Shown: positions 37,954-49,198, counted from the first letter of the stretch. The stretch: 56,930 bases of DNA from Porticoccaceae bacterium (GCA_018662305.1 JABJGI010000131.1:1-56930); one strand, 5' to 3'. Notes: generated from the letters alone by a model not told the origin. Program-made: numbers and translations.

Positions 37954-38028
37954 CGTGCCGCCGTCCCTCTCAGCCCTTATGGCTTCTGGGTACGGCACAG
38001 TAGCGTGCAGAAAAGAGCGCGCATACTA
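37954..38028 (-). promoter_or_regulatory. rpmE promoter and 5'-leader stem-loop
   Basis: Minus-strand TAGTAT -10 (38028-38023), GC-rich discriminator, GTGCCG...CGGCAC stem enclosing AGCC/GGCT. Confidence 0.55.
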
Positions 38029-38043
38029 GCAGAATAAATTCCG

Positions 38044-40209
38044 ATGACAAGCACATCCTACTTACACGTCGCCCTTCCCTGTCCGCTGCGAAAGCTCTTT
38101 ACCTATTCCTGTTCTGTACCCCATTCCGTAGAAGCAGGAGACTGGGTCATGGTTCCCTTTGGCAATCGTCAAGTTGTTGGCTTGGTTGTGGAAGTGGCAG
38201 AGCAGGTGCAAACAGAGTTTGAAATAAAGTCTGTAGAGAAGGTGGTCCGAGAATCATCAAGGATCCCGACGGAATTATTGGAGCTTATAAACTGGTGCTG
38301 TCGCTACTATCACGCAGTTCCCTGGGATTTGATTTCAGCTTTCCTGCCTTCGCGAGTACAAGCAGGAAAATCTCCAAGAATGGTGACTCGATGGCAAATA
38401 AATGCTGAAGCTAGTGCTCAGATAAGCGCTAAAGCGAAGAGGCAAAAACAGTTGTTCGAGTGGCTTTCCGAGAAGGGCGCGAGCGAAGAGCTCGCAATCT
38501 CGGAAGCCGGCTTTTCTAAAGCATTGCTCGCACAGCTAAAAAAGGCCGGTGCTGTAGAACCGTCCTATGTAGATCCCAAATCGCAACACATTCGGGAAGA
38601 TATCGATCTGATCGAGCCGACTGCCGATCAGGCTGAGGTGCTAACTAAGATTGATAAAGAAGGAGCGACAACCTTTCTTCTTGAAGGCATTACTGGCAGT
38701 GGAAAAACCCTGATCTATCTCCACTTAGCGCAAAAGCTGCTTGCGCAGGGCAAACAAGTATTGATTCTGGTTCCGGAAATTGGGCTGGTTCCACAAATGG
38801 TTACCCAGTTTGAAGCATTGGTGGCCGAGCCAGTCAGTTACCATAGTGGTTTGACGGATTCGCGGCGCGCCGAGATTTGGCACGATTGTCTAAAGGGTCG
38901 ATCTCTAATCGTGATTGGCACACGCTCGTCGCTGTTTTTGCCATTCAAGAACCTTGGACTAATCGTTGTCGACGAGGAGCATGATCATTCCTATAAGCAG
39001 CAGGAAGGGCCAAGATACCAGGCGCGAGATGTTGCCGTGGTTCGAGCGTCGAACCTAAAGATCCCTATTGTTCTCGGATCAGCCACACCTTCGTTAGAAA
39101 GCATAGAAAACGCCAATCAGGGAAGCTTTCAAAGGTTAGAGCTTAAGCAACGAGTCGGTGACGGAGCACTCCCAGCTTGGAAATTACTGGAAGGTGTTGC
39201 CTCTTCCGAAGATGCAGGTCTGCTTCCGGATTCTCTCATGGCAATTCGCGAGCAGCTGAAATTGGGAAACCAAGTTCTTATTTTCATTAACCGACGCGGA
39301 TACTCCCCTTGCCTGAGGTGCAGTCAATGTGGCTGGCAAGCCCGGTGTGACCAATGTGATTCACGCTACACCTATCACAAAGCGGCCAATCAACTGCGGT
39401 GTCATCGCTGTGATTTGCAGCACCCCACTCCGATGGAATGCCCGGTGTGTGCCAGTCGGCAGCTTAGTTTTTTGGGGCAGGGCACGGAGCGCATCGCCCA
39501 AAAGTTGGCGGAGATATTTTCTGAGGTTCCTCTGATTCGAATAGATCGTGATGCCACGCGCGGAAAAGATGGGATTCAGAGGAAGTTGGACGAGGTGCAT
39601 GCCTCTGGACCAGCAATCTTGGTTGGCACGCAGATGTTGGCAAAGGGGCACCATTTCCCCAGGTTGGCTTTGGCATTGATTCTAGATATTGACTATGGAT
39701 TGATGAGTTCTGATTTCCGCGCCTCTGAACACTTAGTGCAGTTGCTGACGCAAATTGCAGGGCGAACCGGACGGAGTTCGATTGAGGGCCAAGTGCTTTT
39801 GCAAACAGAGTTTCCCGGACACCCAGTATTGCAGGATTTAATAACCCATAACTATTCACATTTCGCCAACGAGCTACTGCAAACACGTAGACAGTGGTCA
39901 TTGCCCCCATGCACCTTTATGGCAGTTTTGCGCACTGAATCCGAAGATATTTCTATGTCACAAAAGCTTTTGTCCGAACTAGTGCAGGTAGCTGAGAATA
40001 GCGAGCTAGACGACTGTGAAATTATTGGTCCGGTGCCCTCTCCTACTGAAAAACGTAATGGTCGCTATCGATTCCAGCTGCAGATTTCCTCAGCAACCCG
40101 GTCCAAACTCCATGAACAGTTAAGTGTGTTAGTTGCATACCTTGATCAGCGCCGGCTAAACAAGAATTTGCGCTGGCATTTAGATGTAGATCCTGCGAGC
40201 TTGGATTAA
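38044..40209 (+). CDS. priA: Primosomal protein N' (helicase)
   Basis: GITGSGKT, DEEHD, four CxxC pairs, GTQMLAKG, terminal DVDP. Confidence 0.97.
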   Translation: MTSTSYLHVALPCPLRKLFTYSCSVPHSVEAGDWVMVPFGNRQVVGLVVEVAEQVQTEFEIKSVEKVVRESSRIPTELLELINWCCRYYHAVPWDLISAFLPSRVQAGKSPRMVTRWQINAEASAQISAKAKRQKQLFEWLSEKGASEELAISEAGFSKALLAQLKKAGAVEPSYVDPKSQHIREDIDLIEPTADQAEVLTKIDKEGATTFLLEGITGSGKTLIYLHLAQKLLAQGKQVLILVPEIGLVPQMVTQFEALVAEPVSYHSGLTDSRRAEIWHDCLKGRSLIVIGTRSSLFLPFKNLGLIVVDEEHDHSYKQQEGPRYQARDVAVVRASNLKIPIVLGSATPSLESIENANQGSFQRLELKQRVGDGALPAWKLLEGVASSEDAGLLPDSLMAIREQLKLGNQVLIFINRRGYSPCLRCSQCGWQARCDQCDSRYTYHKAANQLRCHRCDLQHPTPMECPVCASRQLSFLGQGTERIAQKLAEIFSEVPLIRIDRDATRGKDGIQRKLDEVHASGPAILVGTQMLAKGHHFPRLALALILDIDYGLMSSDFRASEHLVQLLTQIAGRTGRSSIEGQVLLQTEFPGHPVLQDLITHNYSHFANELLQTRRQWSLPPCTFMAVLRTESEDISMSQKLLSELVQVAENSELDDCEIIGPVPSPTEKRNGRYRFQLQISSATRSKLHEQLSVLVAYLDQRRLNKNLRWHLDVDPASLD

Positions 40210-40305
40210 ATCCCTTCAGTCCAAAATGACAGCCTGGAGCAAACTCTTGTTTAGCTGACCGGGCTGAAGCGCTAGAATGAGCTTGTCCCACTTGCAGTGA
40301 TTTTT

Positions 40306-40821
40306 ATGGCCAAGTCTGCCTCTCGCGGAGCATCAAAAAATTCTTCTTCCAGCCCGGCAACAAGCTTTGGCTCTGGCTGGCTGATAACCGGATTCATGCT
40401 TGGGGTTTTTGCAACTCTTGGGGGGCAGTGGTTGTTGGACTATGGTTTTGGCAATAATGCCATTCCGGAAAACAGTTCTTCAGCACAAGAGTCGAATACG
40501 GACTTTGAGTTCTACACCCTACTAGGTGATATTGAGGTCGATGTTTCCGATGTCGAGGTTGTGAACCCTGAAGAGGACAATCTTATCTACTGGCTGCAAG
40601 CAGCATCTTATCGGGATCTTGCCGATGCAGAAGATATGCGAGTCAGTTTATTGCTGCAGAATATGGAGGCCAACGTAAAACCCTTCAGTCATGAGGGTGT
40701 TCTTTGGCATCGAGTCATTGTCGGTCCCTATCAAACCCGCACGCAGATGAATAATGCAAGACAAATTCTGATTAGCGCTGGAGTTTCTCCATTGTTGATA
40801 CCTGAATATCTTAGCCAATAG
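40306..40821 (+). CDS. SPOR-domain cell division protein (FtsN-like)
   Basis: One TM, FEFYTLL motif, SPOR domain LQAASY...WHRVIVGPY; start could be 40297. Confidence 0.82.
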   Translation: MAKSASRGASKNSSSSPATSFGSGWLITGFMLGVFATLGGQWLLDYGFGNNAIPENSSSAQESNTDFEFYTLLGDIEVDVSDVEVVNPEEDNLIYWLQAASYRDLADAEDMRVSLLLQNMEANVKPFSHEGVLWHRVIVGPYQTRTQMNNARQILISAGVSPLLIPEYLSQ

Positions 40822-40840
40822 TCATATTTCCTGCGGCACG

Positions 40841-40868
40841 CTTGAAATAACAGCATTTCACCCTATTA
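40841..40868 (+). promoter_or_regulatory. Putative sigma32 promoter of hslVU
   Basis: CTTGAA-N14-CCCTAT, close to the CTTGAA-N13/14-CCCCAT consensus. Confidence 0.6.
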
Positions 40869-40938
40869 AAGTAGATTCTTGCCGCGTTTTTTTGAGCGGT
40901 ATCCCCTATATGCATACCCATGATCTTGGAGAAAGTTG

Positions 40939-41472
40939 ATGGAACAGTATCGTGGTACAACTATTGTGTCGGTTCGCCGTGGAGACAAAGTCTGCATTGG
41001 TGGAGATGGGCAGGTAAGCCTCGGCAATACCGTAATGAAAGGCAATGCCCGCAAAGTCAGACGCTTATATAAGGATCAGGTGATAGCCGGTTTTGCCGGG
41101 GGAACTGCTGATGCTTTCACCCTGTTTGAACGCTTTGAAGCTAAGTTAGAAGCCCATCAGGGTAATCTGGTGAGGTCGGCTGTAGAGCTGGCAAAGGACT
41201 GGCGCACAGACCGTATCCTGCGTCGATTGGAAGCCCTACTGGCTGTTGCTGATGCGGAATCTTCACTCATTATTACGGGCAACGGTGACGTTATTGAGCC
41301 GGAAGATGATTTGATTGCTATCGGATCTGGCGGGCCCTTCGCGCAATCTGCGGCGCGGGCACTATTAAACAATACTGACTTGGAAGCGCGCGAGATTGTA
41401 GAAAAGTCTCTTGAGATCGCTGCGGATATTTGTATTTACACCAACCACAATCGAACCATTGAGGAGCTTTAG
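40939..41472 (+). CDS. hslV: ATP-dependent protease peptidase subunit
   Basis: Catalytic TTIVSVRR; GFAGGTAD and GSGG motifs. Confidence 0.98.
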   Translation: MEQYRGTTIVSVRRGDKVCIGGDGQVSLGNTVMKGNARKVRRLYKDQVIAGFAGGTADAFTLFERFEAKLEAHQGNLVRSAVELAKDWRTDRILRRLEALLAVADAESSLIITGNGDVIEPEDDLIAIGSGGPFAQSAARALLNNTDLEAREIVEKSLEIAADICIYTNHNRTIEEL

Positions 41473-41475
41473 TCG

Positions 41476-42798
41476 ATGTCCCAAATGACACCTCGTGAAA
41501 TTGTTCATGAGCTCAATCGCCATATCGTTGGACAGGATCAGGCCAAGCGTGCGGTAGCAATAGCTCTGCGGAATCGCTGGCGCCGTATGCAGATTGAAGA
41601 ACCGATGCGCAGTGAAATTAGCCCCAAGAATATTTTGATGATTGGCCCTACAGGTGTGGGTAAAACCGAAATCGCTCGGCGCCTGGCAAAATTAGCTAAT
41701 GCGCCGTTTATCAAGGTAGAGGCTACAAAATTTACTGAAGTCGGTTACGTTGGCAAGGATGTTGAATCAATCATTCGTGACCTGACAGATATGGCGATTA
41801 AGATGCAGCGCGAACAGGAAGTTGAGCGCGTAAGTTATCGCGCACAGGATGCGGCGGAAGAGCGTTTGTTGGATATTCTTTTGCCGCCAGCCAGGGGTGG
41901 GGAATCAGGCGAGTCTCCCGACAGCAATACCCGCCAAATCTTTAGGAAAAAGATTCGCGAGGGAGAGTTAGACGACAAAGAAATCGAACTCGCAGTGGCC
42001 AGTCAAAAACTGGGAATGGAAATTATGACCCCGCCTGGCATGGAAGAAATGGCGAATCAGCTGCAGGATATGTTTTCCAATATGGGCAATGCTCAGAAGC
42101 AGAATCGAAAGATGCCGCTCAAGCAAGCCAAGAAGCTTCTAGAGGAAGAGGAAGCGCAAAAACTTATCGATCAGGAATCGATTAAAACTTCAGCGCTTCA
42201 AATGGTCGAGCAAAATGGCATTGTCTTTATCGATGAAATTGACAAGGTTGCGAAGCGTGGTGAAGTCAGTGGAACTGACGTGTCGCGTGAAGGAGTTCAG
42301 AGAGATCTGCTTCCTTTGATTGAAGGTTCAACCGTCTCCACCAAGCACGGTATGGTGAAGACTGATCACATTCTCTTCATTGCTTCTGGAGCATTTCACC
42401 TGAGCAAACCCTCCGATTTGATTCCAGAATTACAGGGTCGATTGCCAATACGAGTCGAGCTAGATGCGCTTTCCGCAGGTGACTTTGAACGAATTTTGCA
42501 GGAGCCGGATGCGTCACTCACCAATCAGTATCAGCAGTTGCTGCAGACAGAAGCGGTACAACTAGATTTTGCCAGTGATGGTATTGAGCGTATTGCGCAA
42601 ACTGCCTGGGCGGTCAATGAGAGAACTGAGAATATTGGTGCTCGACGGCTGCATACCTTGATGGAAAAGCTGCTCGAGAATGTGTCCTTTGACTCGGCAG
42701 ATCTTGAAGGAAAGGCATTGGTTATAGACGCCGCTTACGTCGATCAGCAGCTCGAGGAGCTCGCTGCAGACGAAGACCTCTCTAGATACATACTTTAG
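41476..42798 (+). CDS. hslU: ATP-dependent protease ATPase subunit
   Basis: [19 protein letters not shown]-terminal DLSRYIL. Confidence 0.98.
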   Translation: MSQMTPREIVHELNRHIVGQDQAKRAVAIALRNRWRRMQIEEPMRSEISPKNILMIGPTGVGKTEIARRLAKLANAPFIKVEATKFTEVGYVGKDVESIIRDLTDMAIKMQREQEVERVSYRAQDAAEERLLDILLPPARGGESGESPDSNTRQIFRKKIREGELDDKEIELAVASQKLGMEIMTPPGMEEMANQLQDMFSNMGNAQKQNRKMPLKQAKKLLEEEEAQKLIDQESIKTSALQMVEQNGIVFIDEIDKVAKRGEVSGTDVSREGVQRDLLPLIEGSTVSTKHGMVKTDHILFIASGAFHLSKPSDLIPELQGRLPIRVELDALSAGDFERILQEPDASLTNQYQQLLQTEAVQLDFASDGIERIAQTAWAVNERTENIGARRLHTLMEKLLENVSFDSADLEGKALVIDAAYVDQQLEELAADEDLSRYIL

Positions 42799-42811
42799 GT
42801 TGTGATTAATA

Positions 42812-43222
42812 GTGACTGAAGATACTTCCCCTAAAATTCCAGCCAAAATTGCCGTCCGCGATGAGGGTCGCAATATGGTGCTGGAATATGACGCCGGTGA
42901 AACTGCGGAATTGCGGGCAGAGTATTTGCGGGCAGAAAGCCCGAGCGCAGAAGTAAAAGGCCATGCTGGAGTCGGCGGCGAGCTGCCCACAGGTAAGCGT
43001 CATGTAAAAATTACAGCGGTCAAACCTGTAGGGCATTATGCAGTCGCCATTCACTTTGACGATGGCCATGATTCAGGGATTTACACTTGGGAATACCTGC
43101 GCCACTTGTATCGGCAGGAAAAGCGCCTTTGGCCGGAGTACCAGAAAAAACTACAGGAGTTAGGCAAAGGGCGAGAACCTGATGTTCAGGTAATTAGATT
43201 GGTGGATCCTTCTGCGAGTTAG
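42812..43222 (+). CDS. DUF971 / GBBH N-terminal-like protein
   Basis: YLR..SPSAEV.GH and FDDGHDSGIYTW.YL motifs; usual position after hslU. Confidence 0.88.
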   Translation: MTEDTSPKIPAKIAVRDEGRNMVLEYDAGETAELRAEYLRAESPSAEVKGHAGVGGELPTGKRHVKITAVKPVGHYAVAIHFDDGHDSGIYTWEYLRHLYRQEKRLWPEYQKKLQELGKGREPDVQVIRLVDPSAS

Positions 43223-43234
43223 ATTTTTTTGCTG

Positions 43235-43792
43235 CTAGTAGCCAAGTAAACTTAGCGAGAGGATGGCAAAGCCTGTGCCAAGGAACGCCCCAGCGATCAC
43301 GTCAGAGACAAAGTGCACTCGTAAAAATATTCTTGAGAGCCCGATGGCGCTGGCCCAGATATACATAGGAAGGGCAGCCGCCGGAATAAAGTGACTGACG
43401 ATGCAAGCCATAAGAAATCCACCCGCTGTGTGGCCAGAGGGGAAGCTAAACTCGTCAGAAGGATTGTGAATTCGTTCCAGTCGGTCGACCACCAGATAGG
43501 GTCGGCGGCGTTTAAAAGTTTTCTTTAGCACCGAGTAGGCAGGCAGCTCAAAGGCAAATGCGAGAAAACCACTCAGGGTTACGGCCAGTCCAACCTCACG
43601 GGAAACTACCAGCAGTAAAGCTGCAAGAACTAGGTATGCGTAACCGTCTCCGGTAAAAGAAATAGCCCGCGCCGCTTTATATAGGTGCAGTTTTTGCTCA
43701 GTTAATCCCAGAAATACGTAGAGCCGCGCATCTATTTCAGCGAGTAGTCTCATTAAGGGGTTTCTGGGTTGGCTCATGCTTATATGATTCAA
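43235..43792 (-). CDS. PAP2 family membrane phosphatase
   Basis: K...KRRRP, SFPSGH and SRIFLRVHFVSDV motifs. Confidence 0.9.
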   Translation of the reverse strand: MNHISMSQPRNPLMRLLAEIDARLYVFLGLTEQKLHLYKAARAISFTGDGYAYLVLAALLLVVSREVGLAVTLSGFLAFAFELPAYSVLKKTFKRRRPYLVVDRLERIHNPSDEFSFPSGHTAGGFLMACIVSHFIPAAALPMYIWASAIGLSRIFLRVHFVSDVIAGAFLGTGFAILSLSLLGY

Positions 43793-43947
43793 TTTTTACC
43801 AGGCAGGGTTCGTTGCACATGGCAGAGATAGTATGGCACTCTTTTGACACTAATTTTACAGGATCATAGCGGCCTATTATCTCGGTAACACTTGCCAGAG
43901 GCGGCATTTTCACAAATCTTGTCATTCTTTAACTGCGGTCAACTGCC

Positions 43948-44619
43948 TTGAAAGATTTTTCTCAGCTATATGAGCTGTTTCTAGAGCGTCATGGTAACGA
44001 TGAAGCTACGGCATTAGCTTCCCTACCATCTGCTGCCGGAGTCAGAACCCTTCGAGCGCTTGGCGACGATCGCTACTTGTCGCAAATTGCAGTTTGTATC
44101 TTCCAGGCAGGATTTGTCTGGCGGGTTGTGGTGAACAAGTGGGATGGGTTCGAGTTGGCCTTTAGCAAGTTCAAACCCTCAGCAGTAGCTCATTTTTCAG
44201 ATGAGCGCGTGGACGAACTTATGCAAGATGAGAGCATCATTCGCAATCGCCAAAAAATACTGGCGGTTCGAGAAAATGCCGCCTTTGTCTACTTGCAAAG
44301 TCAGAAAACAGAAGGCTTTGGTCGGTGGGTGAGTGATTGGCCTGCTGAGGATGTGGTTGGGCTTTGGCAAGAACTGAAGAAGCGCGGTTCTCGGCTTGGT
44401 GGAAATACCGGCCCGCGGGTATTGCGCCTAGTCGGAAAGGATACCTTCCTTCTCACCGAGGATGTTTGCCGCGCTTTGCTCCGTCATGGCCTTGTATCCG
44501 ATCTCAGTCCTAATTCCCTTGGCGGTCAGCGCAAAGCTGAAAAGGCCTTTCTTGACCTGCAACAGCAATCCGGTTGGTCGCTCTGCATGCTGAGTCGTAT
44601 GTTGTCTTTTACCGTATAG
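43948..44619 (+). CDS. DNA-3-methyladenine glycosylase I family protein
   Basis: IFQAGF.W.VV.NKW.GF and IIRNRQKI.A...NA motifs. Confidence 0.82.
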   Translation: MKDFSQLYELFLERHGNDEATALASLPSAAGVRTLRALGDDRYLSQIAVCIFQAGFVWRVVVNKWDGFELAFSKFKPSAVAHFSDERVDELMQDESIIRNRQKILAVRENAAFVYLQSQKTEGFGRWVSDWPAEDVVGLWQELKKRGSRLGGNTGPRVLRLVGKDTFLLTEDVCRALLRHGLVSDLSPNSLGGQRKAEKAFLDLQQQSGWSLCMLSRMLSFTV

Positions 44620-44724
44620 AGAGCCGGTATCAGCGGTATAACTAGCATTCAAAAATCCCCTTAAATCGCTGAATAACTTGCGAATTCGGGTTAAGCTGCG
44701 CATCCTTTTTTCTACAATGCGTCC

Positions 44725-45480
44725 ATGACAGAAGAAAAAACCACTCATTTCGGCTTTACCGAAGTTCCTGAGAGCGAAAAAGTGAATCGCGTTGCCGGCG
44801 TATTTCATTCGGTTGCTGCCCAGTACGATTTGATGAATGACCTAATGTCCTTTGGAATTCATCGCGTATGGAAACAAATCACTATCGAATCTTCGGGAGT
44901 TCGGCGCGGAGCTAGAGTCCTTGATCTAGCGGGTGGAACGGGTGATCTAGCGGCGGCATTTGCCAAACGGGTTGGCGATGAGGGCCAAGTGGTTTTGGCG
45001 GATATTAATGATGCAATGCTGTCCGTTGGACGCGACAAGCTGGCAGATACCGGAAGCTACAATCGCATTCGTTGGGTTCAGGCAGATGCGGAAAAGCTTC
45101 CCTTCGAAGATAAGAGCTTTGACTGCGTCACTATTGCTTTTGGGTTACGTAACGTCACACGAAAAGAAGCGGCTTTAGAGTCTATTTACCGCGTCCTAAA
45201 GCCAGGCGGTAGATTGTTAGTGCTGGAATTTTCAAAGCCCCTAAGCCCAGCTTTGGAAATGATCTATGATCGCTATTCCTTTGATTTACTTCCAAAAATG
45301 GGGCAATGGGTAACTGGAGACGCAGAGAGCTACCGTTATTTAGCGGAGTCTATTCGCAAGCACCCGGATCAAGATACTTTGCGGTCGATGATGGAGACTG
45401 CGGGGTTTAATAGCGTGAGCTATACCAACTTGACGGGTGGGGTCGTTGCGCTGCACAAGGGGTTTCGGTTTGATTCCTGA
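44725..45480 (+). CDS. ubiE: Ubiquinone/menaquinone C-methyltransferase
   Basis: [27 protein letters not shown] and YLAESIR motifs. Confidence 0.97.
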   Translation: MTEEKTTHFGFTEVPESEKVNRVAGVFHSVAAQYDLMNDLMSFGIHRVWKQITIESSGVRRGARVLDLAGGTGDLAAAFAKRVGDEGQVVLADINDAMLSVGRDKLADTGSYNRIRWVQADAEKLPFEDKSFDCVTIAFGLRNVTRKEAALESIYRVLKPGGRLLVLEFSKPLSPALEMIYDRYSFDLLPKMGQWVTGDAESYRYLAESIRKHPDQDTLRSMMETAGFNSVSYTNLTGGVVALHKGFRFDS

Positions 45481-46087
45481 GCAGTTACTGCGGCTGGCCG
45501 AATCTGGCATAAACAAAGCGCTAGAGACTGATTCGCTTGCATCTTCAGAGCTGTCCTCTTTAAAGGGCAAAACATTTGCAGTGGAGTGTCAAAGCCCACC
45601 GGTGCCCCTTAGTCTCAGAGCTGGGGCTTCCGGAGTCTGCCTAAGCAACGGCGTTGATGAAGATGCTAGCGTGGTTTTGGCGGGCACTTTACCCGCTTTG
45701 ATGAGTCTCGCTCTGTCAATTGCCAAAGATGAATCAGATTTTTCTTCTTCCGGTGTAGAGATACGTGGTGATGTGGGTGCCCTTTTGCAGCTCAGCCGAT
45801 CATTGTCGAAACTAGACGTCGACTGGGAGGACATCCTGGGTGATTTTATTGGAGAAATTCCGGCCCGGCTGTTTTTTCTTGGACTAGAACGATCAAAAGA
45901 TAGAGCTCCAGTGATAAAGGAAAAAGTATCAGAAGTAAGCGCTAGCTTTTTAACTGAAAATATGGGCGTAGCTCGATCCGAACAAACCATTGAAATTCGT
46001 GAGAACCTGCGTCAGCTCCAGTATCGCCTCGACCGCATTCAGGCGCGAATTGGGGAGCTAAATTCTAATGTGGAGGTAACGGACTAA
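45470..46087 (+). CDS. ubiJ: Ubiquinone biosynthesis accessory factor (SCP2 domain)
   Basis: Lies between ubiE and ubiB; IRGD and DWED.L motifs; C-terminal coiled coil; TTG start at 45470 inferred. Confidence 0.78.
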   Translation: MIPEQLLRLAESGINKALETDSLASSELSSLKGKTFAVECQSPPVPLSLRAGASGVCLSNGVDEDASVVLAGTLPALMSLALSIAKDESDFSSSGVEIRGDVGALLQLSRSLSKLDVDWEDILGDFIGEIPARLFFLGLERSKDRAPVIKEKVSEVSASFLTENMGVARSEQTIEIRENLRQLQYRLDRIQARIGELNSNVEVTD

Positions 46088-47694
46088 TGCGTGCATTAAG
46101 TCGATTAATCTCTATTTGGTGGCTTGCTTGTCGCTATCGCCTGGATGAATTAATTCCCTCTTCCGCGCCCTTAGTCACCAAGTTGATCTTTTGGCCCGCC
46201 CCTCTCATTGGTGCCGGAAATAAAAATGTACCTCGAGCAGAGCGGTTAGGCAGCTTTCTTCAGTCTCAGGGGCCCATTTACGTCAAATTCGGCCAATTGC
46301 TCTCTACTCGCCCCGATCTCTTGCCTAACGACATCGCAAAAGAACTGCAAAAACTACAGGATCAGGTTCCACCCTTTGATCCACATCTGTTTAAGCAAAT
46401 AGTTGAAGCCGATTTAGGCGCACCAATAGACGAACTTTTCGCCCAATTTGAATCTGAACCCTTGGCATCGGCCTCTCTGGCCCAGGTGCACGGGGCGGTT
46501 TTGGAGAATGGTGACCGAGTTGTGATCAAGGTATTGCGACCCGGAGTGCATCAGCAGGTACAGAAAGACCTGCGATTAATGCGGGTATTAGCTAGCCTGG
46601 TTGATAGGGCCGGTTCGGATGGCAAGAGACTGCATGCTCCGGAAGTAGTTGCCGACTATGAAGCGACAATCTTACGAGAGCTGGATTTGCAGCATGAAGC
46701 CGCTAATACGCAGATTCTCAGAGACAATTTTAACTGTGATACAGATCCTCACCCGGCCAACTATACGCCAAAGGTTTACTGGGACTTTGTGCGAACCAAT
46801 ATATTGGTTTGTGAGCGAATTCAGGGTATCCCGGTAAACAACCGAGCCGCCGTGCTTGAGCAGGGCACCGATTTAAAGCGCTTAGCAGAGATCGGAGTGG
46901 AGATATTCTTCACACAGGTGTTTGACCACAATTTCTTTCATGCCGACATGCATCCGGGCAACATATTTATCGCCTCGGAAAATATCGATAAACCTCAATA
47001 TATCTCAGTGGATTGTGCCATTGTCGGCACGTTGACAGATGCAGAGCGTAAATCTCTGGCGAGCATGCTTATTGCCGTCTTTAAACGCGATTATCGGCGC
47101 GTGGCCGAAGTACAGATAAACTATGGCTGGGTGGCGCCGGATACCTCGGTTCATGAGTTTTCGGCTGAAATCAGAAAAGTCTGCGAACCGATATTCGCCA
47201 GACCTCTTAGTGAAATCTCTTTCGCCGATATGCTGGTCAGTCTCTTCAGTACGGCGCGTAAATTCGATATGCAGGTTATGCCCTCGTTGGTGTTGCTGGA
47301 AAAAACCATTATTAATATCGAGGGGTTGGGACGGCAGCTCTATCCAGAGCTCGACCTTTGGGCAACTGCAGCACCTTTTTTAGAGAAATGGTGGAAGAGG
47401 CAACACTCGCCACGGCAGTTGCTGCGGGATCTTAAAGAAAAGGCGCCCGACTATATTGAAGACTTGGCGCGGCTTCCCGCTCTTACGCGAGAAATATTAG
47501 AGCAACAAACAAAGCAGCAAGTCGCAGCAGAGGGGCGTTCAAAGCGGCTGAGCTTTGCGGTGATCGGCGCGGCTTTTGTGGGTATTGCTGCGGGATTACT
47601 TTTGGGCGCGACTGAGGCTCTGCCGCAGATCTCTTCAATTGCGCCAGCAATTCTCGGCTTAACTGGGCTTTATTTGCTTGTTCGTGCCGCCTGA
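46087..47694 (+). CDS. ubiB: Ubiquinone biosynthesis ABC1 kinase-like protein
   Basis: GPIYVKFGQLLSTRPD, ASASLAQVH and FFHADMHPGN motifs. Confidence 0.96.
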   Translation: MRALSRLISIWWLACRYRLDELIPSSAPLVTKLIFWPAPLIGAGNKNVPRAERLGSFLQSQGPIYVKFGQLLSTRPDLLPNDIAKELQKLQDQVPPFDPHLFKQIVEADLGAPIDELFAQFESEPLASASLAQVHGAVLENGDRVVIKVLRPGVHQQVQKDLRLMRVLASLVDRAGSDGKRLHAPEVVADYEATILRELDLQHEAANTQILRDNFNCDTDPHPANYTPKVYWDFVRTNILVCERIQGIPVNNRAAVLEQGTDLKRLAEIGVEIFFTQVFDHNFFHADMHPGNIFIASENIDKPQYISVDCAIVGTLTDAERKSLASMLIAVFKRDYRRVAEVQINYGWVAPDTSVHEFSAEIRKVCEPIFARPLSEISFADMLVSLFSTARKFDMQVMPSLVLLEKTIINIEGLGRQLYPELDLWATAAPFLEKWWKRQHSPRQLLRDLKEKAPDYIEDLARLPALTREILEQQTKQQVAAEGRSKRLSFAVIGAAFVGIAAGLLLGATEALPQISSIAPAILGLTGLYLLVRAA

Positions 47695-47728
47695 GGCGCC
47701 GATAATGCCCGGCCATTGGTAAACACAC

Positions 47729-48130
47729 GTGTCAAAGTCTTTAACTACTATGCTTGATCAAGTTAGCTGGAACGAAAATGGGTTGGTTGCTGCAATTGCG
47801 CAGGAAGCCAGCACTGGTCGCGTGTTAATGATGGCCTGGATGAACTCCGATGCCCTTGCCGAGAGCCTGGAATCCGGTTATGCCACATACTGGTCTCGCT
47901 CGCGCGCGCAAATCTGGCGCAAAGGAGAAAGCTCCGGTAATCGGCAAAAAATTCAGGCGGTCGAGTTGGATTGTGATGGCGATACGGTATTGCTAAAGGT
48001 AGAACAGCAGGGCGGCATCGCCTGTCACACTGGTCGAAACTCCTGTTTTTATCGGCGAGCGGAGGATGGCAATTGGATAGAGACAGAGCCAGTACTAAAG
48101 TCTCCTGAGGAGATCTACGGCAATGAGTAG
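47729..48130 (+). CDS. hisI: Phosphoribosyl-AMP cyclohydrolase
   Basis: WSRSR..W.KGESSG, DCDGD and ACHTG..SCF motifs. Confidence 0.96.
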   Translation: MSKSLTTMLDQVSWNENGLVAAIAQEASTGRVLMMAWMNSDALAESLESGYATYWSRSRAQIWRKGESSGNRQKIQAVELDCDGDTVLLKVEQQGGIACHTGRNSCFYRRAEDGNWIETEPVLKSPEEIYGNE

Positions 48131-48443
48131 CGACATATTATTGGAACTGCAAAGAGTTCTCGAGCAGCGTAAATCTGCTGATGCAGAAGATTCTTATGTC
48201 GCGAGTCTATACAGTCAGGGGCTCAATAAGATTCTGGAAAAAGTTGGTGAAGAGGCTACCGAAACTGTATTGGCAGCCAAAGATGGAAACCGAGAAGAGC
48301 TGGTCAAAGAAACGGCCGATCTCTGGTTTCATACAATGGTTATGTTGGCGGATCAGGGTTTGTCTGCCGAAGATGTGATTAACGAATTAGCGCGACGTTT
48401 TGGACTATCCGGACTGGATGAGAAAGCGTCTCGCACATCATGA
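48123..48443 (+). CDS. hisE: Phosphoribosyl-ATP pyrophosphatase
   Basis: KVGEEATE and ETADLWFH motifs. Confidence 0.96.
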   Translation: MSSDILLELQRVLEQRKSADAEDSYVASLYSQGLNKILEKVGEEATETVLAAKDGNREELVKETADLWFHTMVMLADQGLSAEDVINELARRFGLSGLDEKASRTS

Positions 48444-48454
48444 GGTAAGTGAAA

Positions 48455-48700
48455 ATGGGACTAGGTGGAATCAGTATTTGGCAGCTATTAATCATTTTGG
48501 TGATTGTGTTGTTGTTATTTGGTACGAAAAAACTGAAGGGCATTGGCTCAGATCTTGGTGGCGCGGTCAAAGGGTTTAAAGACTCGATGGCAGATGATGA
48601 AAAAACCGCTCAGGAAAATACTCAAGAGCAGGTTTCTGCTGAAGAGGCTGAGAGTGCGACCGCTGAGGAAGAAACCCAAAAACAGGATAGTCCTCAGTAA
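48455..48700 (+). CDS. tatA: Tat translocase subunit A
   Basis: ISIWQLLII...LFGTKKL...DLG. Confidence 0.96.
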   Translation: MGLGGISIWQLLIILVIVLLLFGTKKLKGIGSDLGGAVKGFKDSMADDEKTAQENTQEQVSAEEAESATAEEETQKQDSPQ

Positions 48701-48736
48701 ATCCTTAGATACGATACTTCATAGCTGAGCATCTAG

Positions 48737-49198
48737 ATGTTCTCCATCGGCTTTGCCGAACTGCTGGTTATTGCTGTTATCACCTTGTTGGTGGTCGGCC
48801 CAGAGCGCCTGCCCGAAACCATAAGATTTGTCACCCTCAATCTCGCCAAGTTTAAGCGCTACTGGCAGAGCACGCGGCGCGATATAGAAAAAGATTTAGG
48901 CCTCGCCGACATTCGTCGCGAAATTCATAACGCTGCCGTGATGGAGCACCTTGAAGAAACCAAGAAGAAGCTCAACAAGCCGCTCGAATCGCTTACTGAG
49001 ACGGAAGCCGCTGAATCCAGCAAAAAAGAATCTGACTTGGTCGAGGAAGTACTGGCGGAAGATAAGAAAGAGCTCCCAGCCGACGGAGAACCATCAATAG
49101 CGCCAGCGGTTGATAAAGAGGGTGAGCCTTCAGCGGATAGAGAGCCCTCAGCCAAAGATAATATAGAGCCCACCGAAAACAGTATTGCCCCCAAATGA
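48737..49198 (+). CDS. tatB: Tat translocase subunit B
   Basis: MFSIGFAELL...GPERLP. Confidence 0.95.
   Translation: MFSIGFAELLVIAVITLLVVGPERLPETIRFVTLNLAKFKRYWQSTRRDIEKDLGLADIRREIHNAAVMEHLEETKKKLNKPLESLTETEAAESSKKESDLVEEVLAEDKKELPADGEPSIAPAVDKEGEPSADREPSAKDNIEPTENSIAPK

Noticed and set aside
38030-38046. Possible leaderless priA start
   Set aside because: The candidate -10 (CAGAAT) is weak, so support is insufficient.
49075-49175. EPS-type repeats in the TatB tail
   Set aside because: Degenerate low-complexity tail, common in TatB.
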